Shown: positions 11,366 through 23,003, counted from the first letter of the whole stretch. The stretch: DNA of 62,044 nt, filler included, from Asterionella formosa (GCA_002256025.1; 25 parts of 25 records of this genome joined end to end with filler, not necessarily neighbours in it); one strand, 5' to 3'. Notes: generated by a model from the sequence alone, not told the origin. Numbers and translations are program-made.

Positions 11366-11566
11366 TGAAGTATCTAACTAGAAGTACCGGTACTAGCATT
11401 TGTTGAATATATGAGCTTATTAATTAATCCTTATGTATAACTCATTTCCTGAACTGACATCAAAGTATAGAATGGGTGTTAGTCGAGTTCTCTCATTATT
11501 GAATTCCGATTTATTTGACATAACCCTAACTCTATATATATCTGTATCGATGTGCAAGATTGCTCA
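11366..11566 (-). mobile_element. 3' LTR (201 bp, TGAGCAA...TACTTCA) of a Gypsy element, preceded by polypurine tract GGGAGAG
   Basis: Lies downstream of the integrase on the minus strand. PPT at 11567-11573. Homologous to the LTR at 29086-29280. Confidence 0.9.
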
Positions 11567-11592
11567 CTCTCCCACACTTGAGGGAAAACCTT

Positions 11593-12368
11593 TTACCTAT
11601 GAAAAGGTTTGATACGACGAATATTAATTCGTTCGGTAATATGCATAGTGCGTTGAAAAGTAACTGTATCATTGGCATGTACTTGAATAATAGTATAAGG
11701 ACCTCGTCCACGATCATCCAAAGTAGTAGGATTATCCAATAATATTAAAATCTCGTCACCCACTTTATAACCATAAGATCGACGACGGAATTAGCACGAC
11801 GTAAACGTTCGTCAATTATCACTTGTCGACGTTGATGTATAAGTTGTAAATCTGTAATCAAAGGAATATTTAATATCATATCACGTTGAAAAACCCATGC
11901 TCCTGGTGAAATACGTAATATACTATGAATAGTAGCGCGAGCTGCATATGACGCAGCTGCAAAACATGTATCCACAATATTTTGGGCTTGAAATTCATTG
12001 ATTGGAGGATGAGCCTTTAACATAACTCGTAGACTATTGCTGATAGATTGATGTAAACGTTCACAGTTAGCATTTGCTTGTGGATTCTTTACTGTGGTAC
12101 TAGTCACATCTTTGATTCCATTCAATACTAACATGTGTAAGAAAGGAGCACCAGTAAATTCACCTCCATTGTCATGTATACAACGTTCTGGACGGGGATA
12201 TCTGGCTAACCAATCATTTTCAAATTTCATTGCAATATATTCTGATGTTTTATTGGTGATAAGCGAAATTTCTGCTAAATTGGTGACTGTGTCAATACAA
12301 GTTAGAGCACGAAATTCAATCATTTGAGCAGCCACTGTTATCTTCCATGGACCAATTAGATCTACTGC
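11593..12368 (-). mobile_element. Ty3/Gypsy integrase (frameshifted)
   Basis: AVDLIGPW...TCIDTVTN...WLARYPRPERCIHDNGGEF...NPQANANCERLH. After a frameshift near 11790 it continues YKVGDEIL...GPYTIIQVHAN...ERINIRRIKPFHR*. Confidence 0.9.
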
Positions 12369-12468
12369 NNNNNNNNNNNNNNNNNNNNNNNNNNNNNNNN
12401 NNNNNNNNNNNNTTAATTAATTAANNNNNNNNNNNNNNNNNNNNNNNNNNNNNNNNNNNNNNNNNNNN

Positions 12469-14859
12469 TCATTCTGCCTCTCAAGGGGAAGGATCCAGGG
12501 ATCAGAGAGAGTAAGGAGGGCAGAGGTTTCATCCATAAAATCCCAAGTAGTGGTAAGCCAAGAAGGTTCAATATATTGTGCAATAGAAGAGTAGGGGTAA
12601 GTGAGAGGGGGGAGTGGAAAGCCAAGGTGGAGTTGAAAGTTATCCAGCGTGATTCGGAGTAGAACACCGACTTTGTCCTCTGCATTAAGATGGCCCAGCA
12701 AATAAGTGAGGTGTGTTGTCCCCTGGCTCACCCAAAGTTCCGGAAGGTTGAAACCGCTATAGTGAGAGGAGCCAAAGATCAGCGCTCTTGAAGTGGTGCT
12801 TGCTATTCCCATTTGAGATAGAAAAGTGCCAGTGTAGGCTTTTTGAAGGCGGAGGCACTGGTCTCTTGTGAAGGAAGTGACTGCTAGGGGATACTCTATG
12901 GCAGGACGCCACATTGCGCTGAAGGCGGTATAGACTTCTGTACGTGTTAATGGGGATTTTGCAATATTGGTTGCCCATTGTTTGGCCTGGGTGAGACGAA
13001 ATTCAAATTCTTGATGGAACGACCCATCAGGAGCTGGTCTTACTCCTAGGGATAGATGGCCCATTGTGCATTCAAGTCGGGGAATGGTGGAGAGAAGTTG
13101 CGAGTGGCCTGAGGTCATAGTGATGTGCAGGTGTGCAGTAGAAGCATTGGGTAATAGGGTGGGACAACCGTGCTTATCCCAGTGCCAGTCCATAAGATAA
13201 TAAAAACACTTCTGCAGAGCAAGAGCTCCTCCACTTGCAAATAGCAAGCGCTCCCAGTGTTGGGCGACCTTTTGCATAGATGCCGTGATTTCCGAGCTGG
13301 ACTGTGTATCTGAAGTTAGCCAGAGGTCAGCATCATCTACAAAAGCTTCGCCAGGTCGGCGAGAGTAAAGAAGAAGGCGGGGGCAGTGTGCTTGGAAGCC
13401 ATCAGTAAGAGTGGTACTAAGGGCTCGGAAAAGAAAATTACTAACACACATCCATATGCAAGGAGCTGCTCCACTTCCTTGCAGGACCCCCAGAATGAGA
13501 AGATTGCTAGTGGTTGCAAAGTAAGTGGGTGAAACACCATAGGCCGTGCGGACAAAGAAATGCATTGCAAAGATAATAGCTAGCATACAGGTGGCTGCAG
13601 AAGGCGGAATCCCAAAACGCTCTGTGGCCATCAATCCGAAGGACGGAATAACCCGATCGTAGCAGGCCTTAGCATCATTATTGAAAACAATAGCTGCGGT
13701 TCGGCAAGCGCGAATATAATCATAGGAGACCACTTTAAGAGGAGTGCACTCAGGCAGCTAGCTCCAGGAAGATTACCAAAATTCCATTTTGTGAGCCAGA
13801 ACGTCATAGGAGAGGGCATGATATACTAGTCGCCTGCCCCAGAGGAGTCGAAAGGCCAGGTTCATATCTGCCTCGAGTAGCTGGATGACTCGCAAACGGT
13901 GTATCTGGGGGTCCCCTGAATCTTTTTCTAGCATAATCTGAATAGCAGTGGGCCAGCGACTTGGTGCAAAGCCAATTCTAAAGGGGATACTGATCATCAT
14001 GGCAATTAGACCAGACAGCCGTTCATCTCGAGCACGAACTTTGTAGTGGGAAAGGTGATGGCCAGAGGGGCTGGACGCTATGTGTTCAGGGAGTTTCTTG
14101 AAGCTAGATCGAAAATTCTCTCCAGTGATGGTGATATCAATGGAATCAATGCCCTGGAGAGATGTGGGTTTAGCCATTGTTTGAAGAAAGAGGCTAACCT
14201 CCTCAATCGGGTCAATGTTGGGAGTGACGAAAGTGCCTGCCAATATTTCATCTGTGTACTGATTCCGGGAGAATGGGGGAATGAAAGTGCTCAGGCGGCC
14301 ACTAGCTCCGGGGAAAGAGGTGGCCTGACTGAAGTGTTCTTTGTTTTGATTGATAATCGCTGTGAACAGTTGTGCAGGATCAGAAATAGAGATGGTTGCC
14401 CCAGTGGGAGATCCATCTGGGTGTAGAAGTGGCATTTCCACTCGTTGGAGAGTAGAGTGGTGTTGAACTTTTGCATGTTTTCTAAGTTTTTGAAAGGTTC
14501 GGCGAACCTCTTCAGCCTTGAGGATGTTGTTCAGAGCAATTTCTGCGTTACAATCTGATGTTTGAGCTGCATATAATGCTCGTTCTTCAAGATGTGCGGT
14601 GCGTAGTGATTTCGAGTGGGCCTGACACTCATTAAGCTTTCGACGGGAAGCTTGAAGACAATTTGTCAGGTAATCTAGATCCTGTCTATGGTCAAGGAAG
14701 GTGGGTAGGTTTGGAAATTAAAGAAAAGAGAGATTTGATAGGCTTGCCAGAGAATCACCAAAGCGGATAAGATCGGAGCGTCGCTTTTTCCAAAAAAGGT
14801 AGTCCTGTCCACAGCGCATCAGTTTGGGAGACCAGGGATAGCCATATGAAGCTCAGGCC
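12469..14859 (-). mobile_element. Non-LTR retrotransposon reverse transcriptase region (Ambal-like), degenerate
   Basis: LEKDSG...RLRVIQLLEAD, NDAKACYDR, GVLQGSG, FVDDADL, LFASGGALALQKC. Broken by frameshifts near 13770 and 14440 and a stop near 14718. Confidence 0.88.
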
Positions 14860-14960
14860 NNNNNNNNNNNNNNNNNNNNNNNNNNNNNNNNNNNNNNNNN
14901 NNNTTAATTAATTAANNNNNNNNNNNNNNNNNNNNNNNNNNNNNNNNNNNNNNNNNNNNA

Positions 14961-15010
14961 ATGGGAATCAAATGTGCACCGGACATTTTTCAAGAAAAAA
15001 TGTCAAACTT
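14961..15010 (+). mobile_element. Short Gypsy RT remnant
   Basis: Translates as MGIKCAPDIFQEKMSNF, the Gypsy RT (P)MG...P..FQ motif, and then stops abruptly. Confidence 0.6.
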
Positions 15011-15391
15011 CGCCTCTTTTTACAAACTCTTAAACCCTAGCCTACATAGTTACATACCGGTAGTAGCCTTCATAGTAGCCTTCATATAAACCATCTTTTA
15101 CTACATGGAAATCAGTTGGCTCGATGAGACTGCCGTGACGGCTGCTACTCATAGCTAATACTCATACATGCACAGCATCATTGTGTTCGAATCGACTCCG
15201 ATGCCTCAACCATAGTTGTTGGAGCCTATTGAGTGGACAATACAGAGGAGGGACTGGACGGCCCTATACAGGCGTTCTACGGCGCTGTCATTTGATGATA
15301 CAGAGCGCATTTGCGCTCTTTGAACATTCACTCATCAACGACATAATTCATTCAGCATACTACTACATGATCATGTCAAGGCAAGATTATT

Positions 15392-17347
15392 GTGGACCTC
15401 ATCATCTTTGCTGGCTTCCATAAAAAGCAGACCAACAGAGGGAAAGCGACGGTTACTCAAGCCCTGTTGAAAGATTGTCCTGAAGCTGCAAAGGCGCAAG
15501 ATCGCCATGGAAACACTCTGTTGCACTTTGGCATGAAAGTCTGGGCACCAGTGGAAATTATAAATGCCCTTTTAAAAGCTTGCCCTGAAGCGGTGACAAT
15601 AAAAGCCAACAATGATGAGACTCCTCTTGACTGTGGTCAAGGAGGGGAAAAGCGAGTATCACTAGAATCCATCCAAGCTTTTGTAGACAAATATCCCAAT
15701 GCCATTAACTTCATGAAAATGCCCTTTATTCCACTTCATTTGGCAATTTTTCGACATGAAAAAGCTCCAGAGATCGAGCAGATCATAAAGGACAACCCAA
15801 ATTCAGTTGCAAACTATGGCACTCCAAACCTGCAGTCACCTCTTCTTCTCGCTTTGCAACAAGGAGATTATCCTGATTTCGATGTCATCCGTATTTTGAT
15901 TGAAAAAGACCCAGATGCGACTAACACTCTTGATAATGAAACGAGGTATAATCCATTTGAATATTTTGTTTCCAGGCTCCTTCAATTGATAAAGAAATAT
16001 GCAACCCTTGATGTTGGAGATGACCAGCGGTCTTCCAAACAGTACGAGTTACAAAAGAAACTGTCAAATCCTATTGAAATTTGGTATAAGGTTTTGCGGC
16101 TTTTGAGAAATTGTGCATGCTAAACGCACCCCAAGCTGAGAAAGTTCCAGAGAGCGAGGCGGAGAATTTTCTTTGTTCCAGAGCCGCTGGGCTTTTTCTT
16201 TTGGGTGCTCGCCACCAATGAATTTGATCGAAGCAGGACTCTCCCATGCCTCGATTTGAATCAAGAACCAATAACTAATTGGACTGTTTTGGAAATCTTG
16301 GTGGATCTTGGAACAAAAGATGCGACCATAATATTCTTCCAGATAGAGGAACAGCTGAGAAGGTCTGAAGAACAGGATCAGCTGGAAATTTCCATCTATA
16401 ATCATAGCAAAACAAAAGTGGCGTCATTTCAATCAATTGCTCAAGTTAAAAAAGAGACATGGCAAAAGGTTGCCAATAGGGCAAAGTTGTCCAAGCTTCC
16501 CAAGCTCAAAGAGTGGGGTGATAAATACGGAAGGTTTCTTGGAAAATATCAATTTGAGGAGGAGAAGCATTTCTCAGGTACCTGTATGGTTATGTTTGGC
16601 ACTGAATTGATCGTTGTATCTGGGGCCACGCAATTGACCAGTGTAGCATTCAAGCTCTTTACAGAAAGGCCTGCATTCCTGCGCGAATTGGCAAAGCGGA
16701 ACAAAATCATGAGCATTCATGGTGCAGAATTTTTTTTAATTGCCGTGAGGGCTGCATATACTGACAGCATGGAAGGGTTGGATGAATTCATCTGGGTATT
16801 GAGATTCAACTTAACCTGACAGTCAAATGGCAAAAGGAGACATTGAATTCAATCATCTCCTAGTCATGGAGTGCGGGAACAAGAATGACCTCAGTGATGT
16901 TATATCGCATAAAAACATTGCAGGCAAAGCCATTTTCATGGTGCGTTTCATTGCAATCCAAATTGCTAAGTGCCTTCAGTTTCTAAATGAAGAGTGTAAG
17001 GTTATGCACGGAGATGTGAAGGCTCGAAATTTTGTGTCTGGTAGCGAGGGTGTTGGATATGCTGCAATTGATCTTGATAATGCGGCATTAATTGACAAAG
17101 AAAATGCTGGTCAGAAGCGAACAAGCTCTGGATACATGCCTCCCAAACAGGCTACTGTTAGTACCATATTCGAATAGAGCAGGTTGCTGCAAAAGGAGTT
17201 AAAACGAGTCCCATGCTTCCCGAACAGGCTGCTGTTGAGTACCAGATGCAAAAGAAGGAGCAGGGTGCTGTAGTCATTAAAGCCAGTCCCTAATATGACA
17301 TGTGGTGCTTTGGAGCCCTTCTATATAATCTCTGCACTGGTCGTCAA
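15392..17347 (+). pseudogene. Ankyrin-repeat plus Ser/Thr kinase pseudogene
   Basis: Ankyrin-like DRHGNTLLH, ETPLD, PLHLAI, SPLLLAL. Kinase motifs VAFK, HGDVKARN, IDLDNA, SSGYMPP, *YDMWCFG. Stops or frameshifts near 16121, 16817, 17175 and 17291. Decayed coding sequence probably extends up to about 15105. Confidence 0.8.
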
Positions 17348-17498
17348 NNNNNNNNNNNNNNNNNNNNNNNNNNNNNNNNNNNNNNNNNNNNTTAATTAAT
17401 TAANNNNNNNNNNNNNNNNNNNNNNNNNNNNNNNNNNNNNNNNNNNNACACACAGATATATTTTGCTTCTTTCGCATCCTGACCCCACGAAGGCAAGG

Positions 17499-17807
17499 AT
17501 GACTATCAAGGACGAGAAGGGTGTTGAACCCGAGATTGCCGTTTTCAGTGTTGAGCCCATTGTAACACAAGAAGATCAGGGAAATCCGATTCCTGCTCAG
17601 CACTCTCGATTTTATTGCGAAAAGTGCCATACAGTGAGTAGAGAATCGTGTCTGCTACCTTAGTGCCATCTCCAACTCACACGACTCGTTTGCTTGCTGC
17701 CGAAGCCATATGATCTCCCTGACAGAGCAACGAGCTGGAGATGCTCCAACTGCTTAACTTTCAACTCTATTACGCCAGGAGAGTGCGAGTGGTGTGTCGT
17801 TCTGTAA
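17499..17807 (+). CDS. 78-aa LSD1-type zinc-finger protein with C-terminal CaaX (exons 17499-17633 and 17706-17807)
   Basis: Removing a 72-nt GTGAGT...AG intron gives CEKC-x14-CSNC and a C-terminal CEWCVVL*. Confidence 0.8.
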
Positions 17808-18405
17808 TTTGTTTCTGCTGCAAGAGATAGTTTGAGCAATTGGTTGTTTGTTAGCAATGGTGAAATGAAGCACTATCAAGTTCCAGATCATCGTGTTTAT
17901 GTTTAGCTCCGAACAAGTGAATCTATCGCTTTTATACCATAAAACTGAATAGATTCTAATTTTCATTGTTCATCGTCTTGGTATTCTACGTCACCACTAA
18001 GGGTATATTTTTGCCGGAGGTAGTACCCGGGACGATCAGTGTATTACTGTTTAGTACTTATCATGTGGATATGCGACACCAATAAATAGAAAACTTTCAA
18101 TTTAGTGGAATTTCCATTTCTGTGGCAGCTGGCTTGTGAAGGGGAAGGGCCATAGGCTTTGCAACTCGTGATGATCTTCCACTGTCCTCAAAATACGCTT
18201 GCATAGACACTTCAGTTTGCCATCAATGCTGTGTGGGCAAGTGACCGTTTTGCTCGTGCTCCATCGATGACGACGATTGTGAAGCAAATGGCTGGACTAC
18301 TGCAACAGATCGCTCCGTTCTAAATTTGGGAAGTAGACATTTGATTTATGTGCAAATAGTCTCAGTGTAATTATATCCTTCTACTACCTAAAACACTCAG
18401 CAACA

Positions 18406-19724
18406 TCAAAACATCCCCATGCGCACCAATTGAGATGACACGGCTTCGTATGTCGCAAAAGTAATGGCTTGGCCGGGCATGATACGAAGCAGCCGAGGCG
18501 TAATGCCCTTCCATAACGCCAACACGCCTTCTTCCTTCGCAATGAGTTTACACGAATTCAGCAGTCCTACATACTTCGGTGATTTTCCTGGAAGAATGAC
18601 TTGCTTTTGCATTCGAGTCTTTACAACATCTAAAGAGAGGAATGATATAAACTTGTCAGCGAGTCAAACTGAAAAATCATGTACCCTTCAAATAGTCAAC
18701 TGTAACTCACCAAGTGGGTTGTTGACCATTGGCCCCATTCCACCACTCAACCCGCCCAGTAACATAGTTTCCCAATGCATCAACTCCGAAACTTTTTGTC
18801 GTTCACATAGCTTCTTTTTGAAAAATTGGTATGCCGTAAAGTTGACCGCTTGGTTGCAACCCTGTCTCAACATGGTTGGTACGACACCTTTGTATAAAGC
18901 CCCCAATCCCTCTTCGCGAACGATAGTCAATGCTGTCTGCATCACGTTGGTGTACTTCCGGTGTGCCATCTGGGCGGGGTCTACCAAGGAATGGTACTGA
19001 GACTGCATACGGATTTTACAAACTTCTGCAGGTGTCACCACCAAGATCGCTTCGGTTAATCCACTCAGCAAGCCTGCAGTAAACGTGGTGGTATTGCCTG
19101 AACCCATGATATTGCCCAAGAATTCTTTATATTGTTCGAAACTCACGAACCTTATGGCCATTTTGGGAATAATACCAGTATAGACAGCTGACAATCCCTT
19201 GTACAACGCGAAAAACCCTTCTCGCTTCACAATTCGAGTTGCAGTACCAAAGGGACCAAGAGTTGCCGTGATGAGTCCTTGTGTTGGAGTGGAGCGGTAT
19301 ATCGTCTTTTTGGGGACCACCATGTTAGGTTGGGCCATCATTTTCAAGCTAGGCTCGTGAACATTCGAGCGCTGAAATATTGTATTTGTGGCGGGGTCGG
19401 CGAACGACGCACCTCGTTGAATATATGCCAATGGTTCCGACAAGGAATGCTTCAATCGCAAGGCAGGCTCAACTAAAGAGCTTCTTGCTTGAATAGCTTC
19501 CACAGTGGCGGCTTGACGCCGCAACTGCATACGAGTCTTGATCGTGTCCTTTATTCGCCAGGTGCCAGGTGCTAGATGTTAGATGTGATTTGTTTCGAAC
19601 ATCAGTTTAAGTCTCAAAAGGAAAAGCTTACCAATGGATGGCAAATGGACGATTCAACAAGTCCAGCACATCCCCCAGCCACTAATTGCTGTAGAGCGCT
19701 GTCCTTTTTCTTTGCAGTACTCAT
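18406..19724 (-). CDS. SFC1: Mitochondrial carrier, succinate/fumarate (SFC1-like); exons 19724-19632, 19548-18711 and 18629-18406
   Basis: Three Px[DE]xxKxR signatures (PLDTIKTR, PAEVCKIR, PLDVVKTR) are restored by two GT-AG introns. PKMAIRF, RQGCNQA and RIMPGQA contact points are typical of SFC1. Confidence 0.88.
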
Positions 19725-20056
19725 GGTGACTTTATGTGACTCTCGAGGTGTTCGAAAATTGACATTCTTGATGACGAGCACTTTTGTTTGCGAGAAAGGT
19801 GTCAACAATGTGAGCGCCAACATCATATAAAAAAATNNNNNNNNNNNNNNNNNNNNNNNNNNNNNNNNNNNNNNNNNNNNTTAATTAATTAANNNNNNNN
19901 NNNNNNNNNNNNNNNNNNNNNNNNNNNNNNNNNNNNTTTTGCCACACAGCAGGAGAGTCCACACACACACAAATTAGCATGGTGAAAAAGTAAGCAATCA
20001 ATGCAGCCAACAGCCAATCACCCCCTACTGGCTCTTCAGCAGCTAGATTAACATGT

Positions 20057-20858
20057 TTTTGTTGTGTATCTAAATGCTAGTATGGCTTGTCAGCTCACGC
20101 ATTGTTGTTGACAACAGGCAGGGACAATGAGGTCCGGAATGAACTGTGTGTTGCTTTCTGCTGTTGCTAGTTCTATCTTATACATTACTGACACACTGTT
20201 GTTATGAAAATCTTTGCAGGTCAATGAAGAAGCAAGTCATTTCAAGGACAAGAAGGAAGCCAGTGTGTGATGCATTCATGTTGCAACTTCGTGCAATAAT
20301 GCCTCTTCAAGGATGAATGATTTTTTCATTCAGAATGCATGGCTTCTGTTTGTCTTGCATTGTCCTTACAGACTTCTCATAATGCCTGCCATCTCAAGAC
20401 TGAAGATGCCATTCTGAAAGAACTGCTTCGTTTGATTGCATATCGAGATTTGTTTCCCATGTCATGTGAAATACCGGTTGTTGAATTAGTAATCAACATT
20501 ATTTGATAGTACTTTTAAAATACGTAAAAAAATTTAATAAATTACGTGAACCATACTATTATAGAATTACGTGAACAAAAATTTAAGGCAATGTGAACTG
20601 AATTACAGAATTAATTGAAGTATTTCAAATAATTATGTGAAGTATTTCAAATAATTATGTGAAGGTGATCACGTAATATAGTGATGATCAGGAATGCATG
20701 CATGATACTCTGATCAAATAATTAACGTGATGTATTCAGATAATATATAGATATATTCAAGTAAGCATTTTGATGTTTCAACTAATTCATGTGATCCATT
20801 CAAAATCAACTAGGCTTATTTACGTGATGGTCACTTCACGTAATACGCGGCTTAGATG
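20057..20858 (-). mobile_element. Second copy of the CATCTAAGCC-terminated element
   Basis: Reverse complement of 3951-4750. Its end abuts Copia RNase H sequence at 20859. Confidence 0.75.
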
Positions 20859-21284
20859 CAGTCAAGATTGATGGAAGGTATAATTTTGCAGATGTGCTCA
20901 CCAAGGCCCAGACTAACAAGGTGTTTGCCATGTTAGTTGGGGAGGTGATGCATGGATAGGGATTAGGGATTAGGGATATGCATATTCTATGCAAGTATTA
21001 TTCTATAATGGTCAATCAAACTATTGGGTTATTGATTCAAGAGGAGTGATAAATACGGGAACGAGATTGCTCGGGTTCTCCGGGGAATTGGTGACTTACC
21101 GCTCACCGCACCAACTGATGAATCACCCATCCGGGTACTGGTACAACGTGGTTGTACCATCTACGTCGATACATACTAACCTAGTAAAAAGTACTGCTGG
21201 AACGGCCTCAAGTCACAACTTGTTGGACCTACCATTACAGCAGGGCACTAACAGACCAATTCGTCTTTAGAAAGCACCTTATCA
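20859..21284 (+). mobile_element. 3' end of a CoDi-type Copia: RNase H tail, PPT and 238-bp LTR (21047-21284)
   Basis: Near-identical to 56585 onward. PPT AAGAGGAG, then an LTR with inverted ends TGATAA...TTATCA. Confidence 0.9.
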
Positions 21285-21570
21285 CATTTTTGAGGTGTCC
21301 TAACTTTTTCCCATGAAAATTCTACTCCTGACATTACCTGCTGCTCAAACTTAAAATTAACTGCCGAAAAATCCACTATGCCCCATATTGCCCCTAAATT
21401 AAAAAAATTGCTTAAAGACACCAAAAATTACTTAGACAACCACAGTTCTCATCGAAAAGCAAGACGATAGCTAGGGATGGGATTGCCGGTACATATATGT
21501 AGATGGTAGAGAAAATTAGGAAACAAAGCATAAAATTGCCGAAACTCTGCATGACTTTTTCAAATTAAAT

Positions 21571-21652
21571 GACTGCGTGGCCGAGTGGTTAAGGCGATGG
21601 ATTGCTAATCGATTGCACATTGTGCGCGTGAATTCGAATCTCAGCGCTGTCG
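21571..21652 (+). pseudogene. Degenerate tRNA-Ser(GCT) (pseudogene or SINE head)
   Basis: 82-nt cloverleaf with TGGCCGAGTGG A-box, GCT anticodon, GCAC/GTGC variable arm and TTCGAATC T-loop. Mismatches in the acceptor, anticodon and T stems. Confidence 0.8.
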
Positions 21653-21682
21653 CGGAGAAAGTAAATAGAGGTCGTCACAGTG

Positions 21683-21915
21683 GCACTTTACCATCTTGTG
21701 TAATACTTTTAAATCGGCCAAGTTAACCATCTTGTGATCAGGCACTTTACCGTCTTGTGTAATACTTTTAAATCGGCCGAGTTAACCATCTTGTGTAATA
21801 CTTTTAAATTGGCCGAGTTAAGGAAGTTGTCTGTCGACCATCATGTAATATACTTTTAAATCGGCAGAGTCCAGGAAGCTGACCATCGGGCATAACTATA
21901 CTTTAAAATCGGCCT
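21683..21915 (+). repeat. Minisatellite ACCATCTTGTGTAATACTTTTAAATCGGCCGAGTTA, about five degenerating copies
   Basis: Directly visible repeats starting about 30 bp after the tRNA-like sequence. Confidence 0.85.
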
Positions 21916-22939
21916 GTATTAGACAACTAAATTGCCTTTCATCCAACATATATCAAGTCTATTATATAATTTTGGTTGGAGTTACATGATATTGTTCGGC
22001 TTATATCAATGTCGATATATATTCTTGGTTAGAGTTTCATGAGATTCGGTTTTTTTCTTAAAGTATTGACTACCGGAAAGTAAAGTTAATTGTGATTTGA
22101 CTCTAGTGCTATTTCAGTCTCTTGGAAAAATATGCGATTTCTGCAGCTTTTCCGGCCCAAAATGGATTCCATCGCTTACCCACATCTTTATACCCTATAG
22201 TTTGATACAGTTTCAAAGCAGGGTCATTATCAAGATCCACATGGAGATACAGACGGTCATAGCCCCATGACATCGTCACTATGTCCTCAAGACAGTGGAC
22301 TAGGGCCTTACCAATCTTTCTCCCANNNNNNNNNNNNNNNNNNNNNNNNNNNNNNNNNNNNNNNNNNNNTTAATTAATTAANNNNNNNNNNNNNNNNNNN
22401 NNNNNNNNNNNNNNNNNNNNNNNNNTAAGAGCCACATGGGCTCCTTGCCTGATTCCAATGTCCTACATCTACAATCCTGGCCTTCTTGGCCATAGTGCAA
22501 CCCAACAAACTCCACTATATTCGAGGCTCTATAACGCGTAATTAAATATTTTATTAGCAATTATCATAGACAGTTGATGGATTCATGTTAAGGGTATCCG
22601 ATGTAGCCCACAAAGGCACTAGAATGTAATTATTTAGCTTAGATTATGCTTTTTCTCTATTTAAAACACTACAGTGTAGTCATTCTGAAAGGCTGGAGAG
22701 CAAATATTGCATAATTTTATCACAGCCTTGACCATCATGACAAAGATAACAAACAACTAATTGAAGAATCAGAACGAAGCTTTGCTAAATTATTAAGTAA
22801 ATTTTAATAGCACGCTATTTTTAAAGAACTCGACAATTGTGGAGGTTGCGAAGTTGCAGTTGGCCCCCCAGAGGGCCTAAGACCTGTTTGTTGTCTGCCT
22901 CACCACCCGTAACCCAAGGGACTATGTAAACAAAGCAGG

Positions 22940-23003
22940 AGGAGAATGCAGGAATCGAACCCACCACCTTGGAAGGTGAGCTAACCAACTAAGCTATTCC
23001 CCT
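22940..23003 (-). other. tRNA-derived sequence with shortened anticodon arm (probable SINE head)
   Basis: Minus strand reads AGGGGAATAGCTTAGTTGGTTAG...GGTTCGATTCCTGCATTCTCCT: A-box, B-box and pairing acceptor ends, but only about 64 nt. Confidence 0.65.

Noticed and set aside
20957..20976. Telomere-like GGGATTAGGGATTAGGGAT
   Set aside because: 7-bp unit inside the Copia 3' UTR (shorter version at about 56685), not a TTAGGG array.
21683..21915. CRISPR-like ~36-bp repeats
   Set aside because: Repeats are mostly adjacent or separated by related sequence, there are no unique constant-length spacers or cas genes, and the context is eukaryotic.
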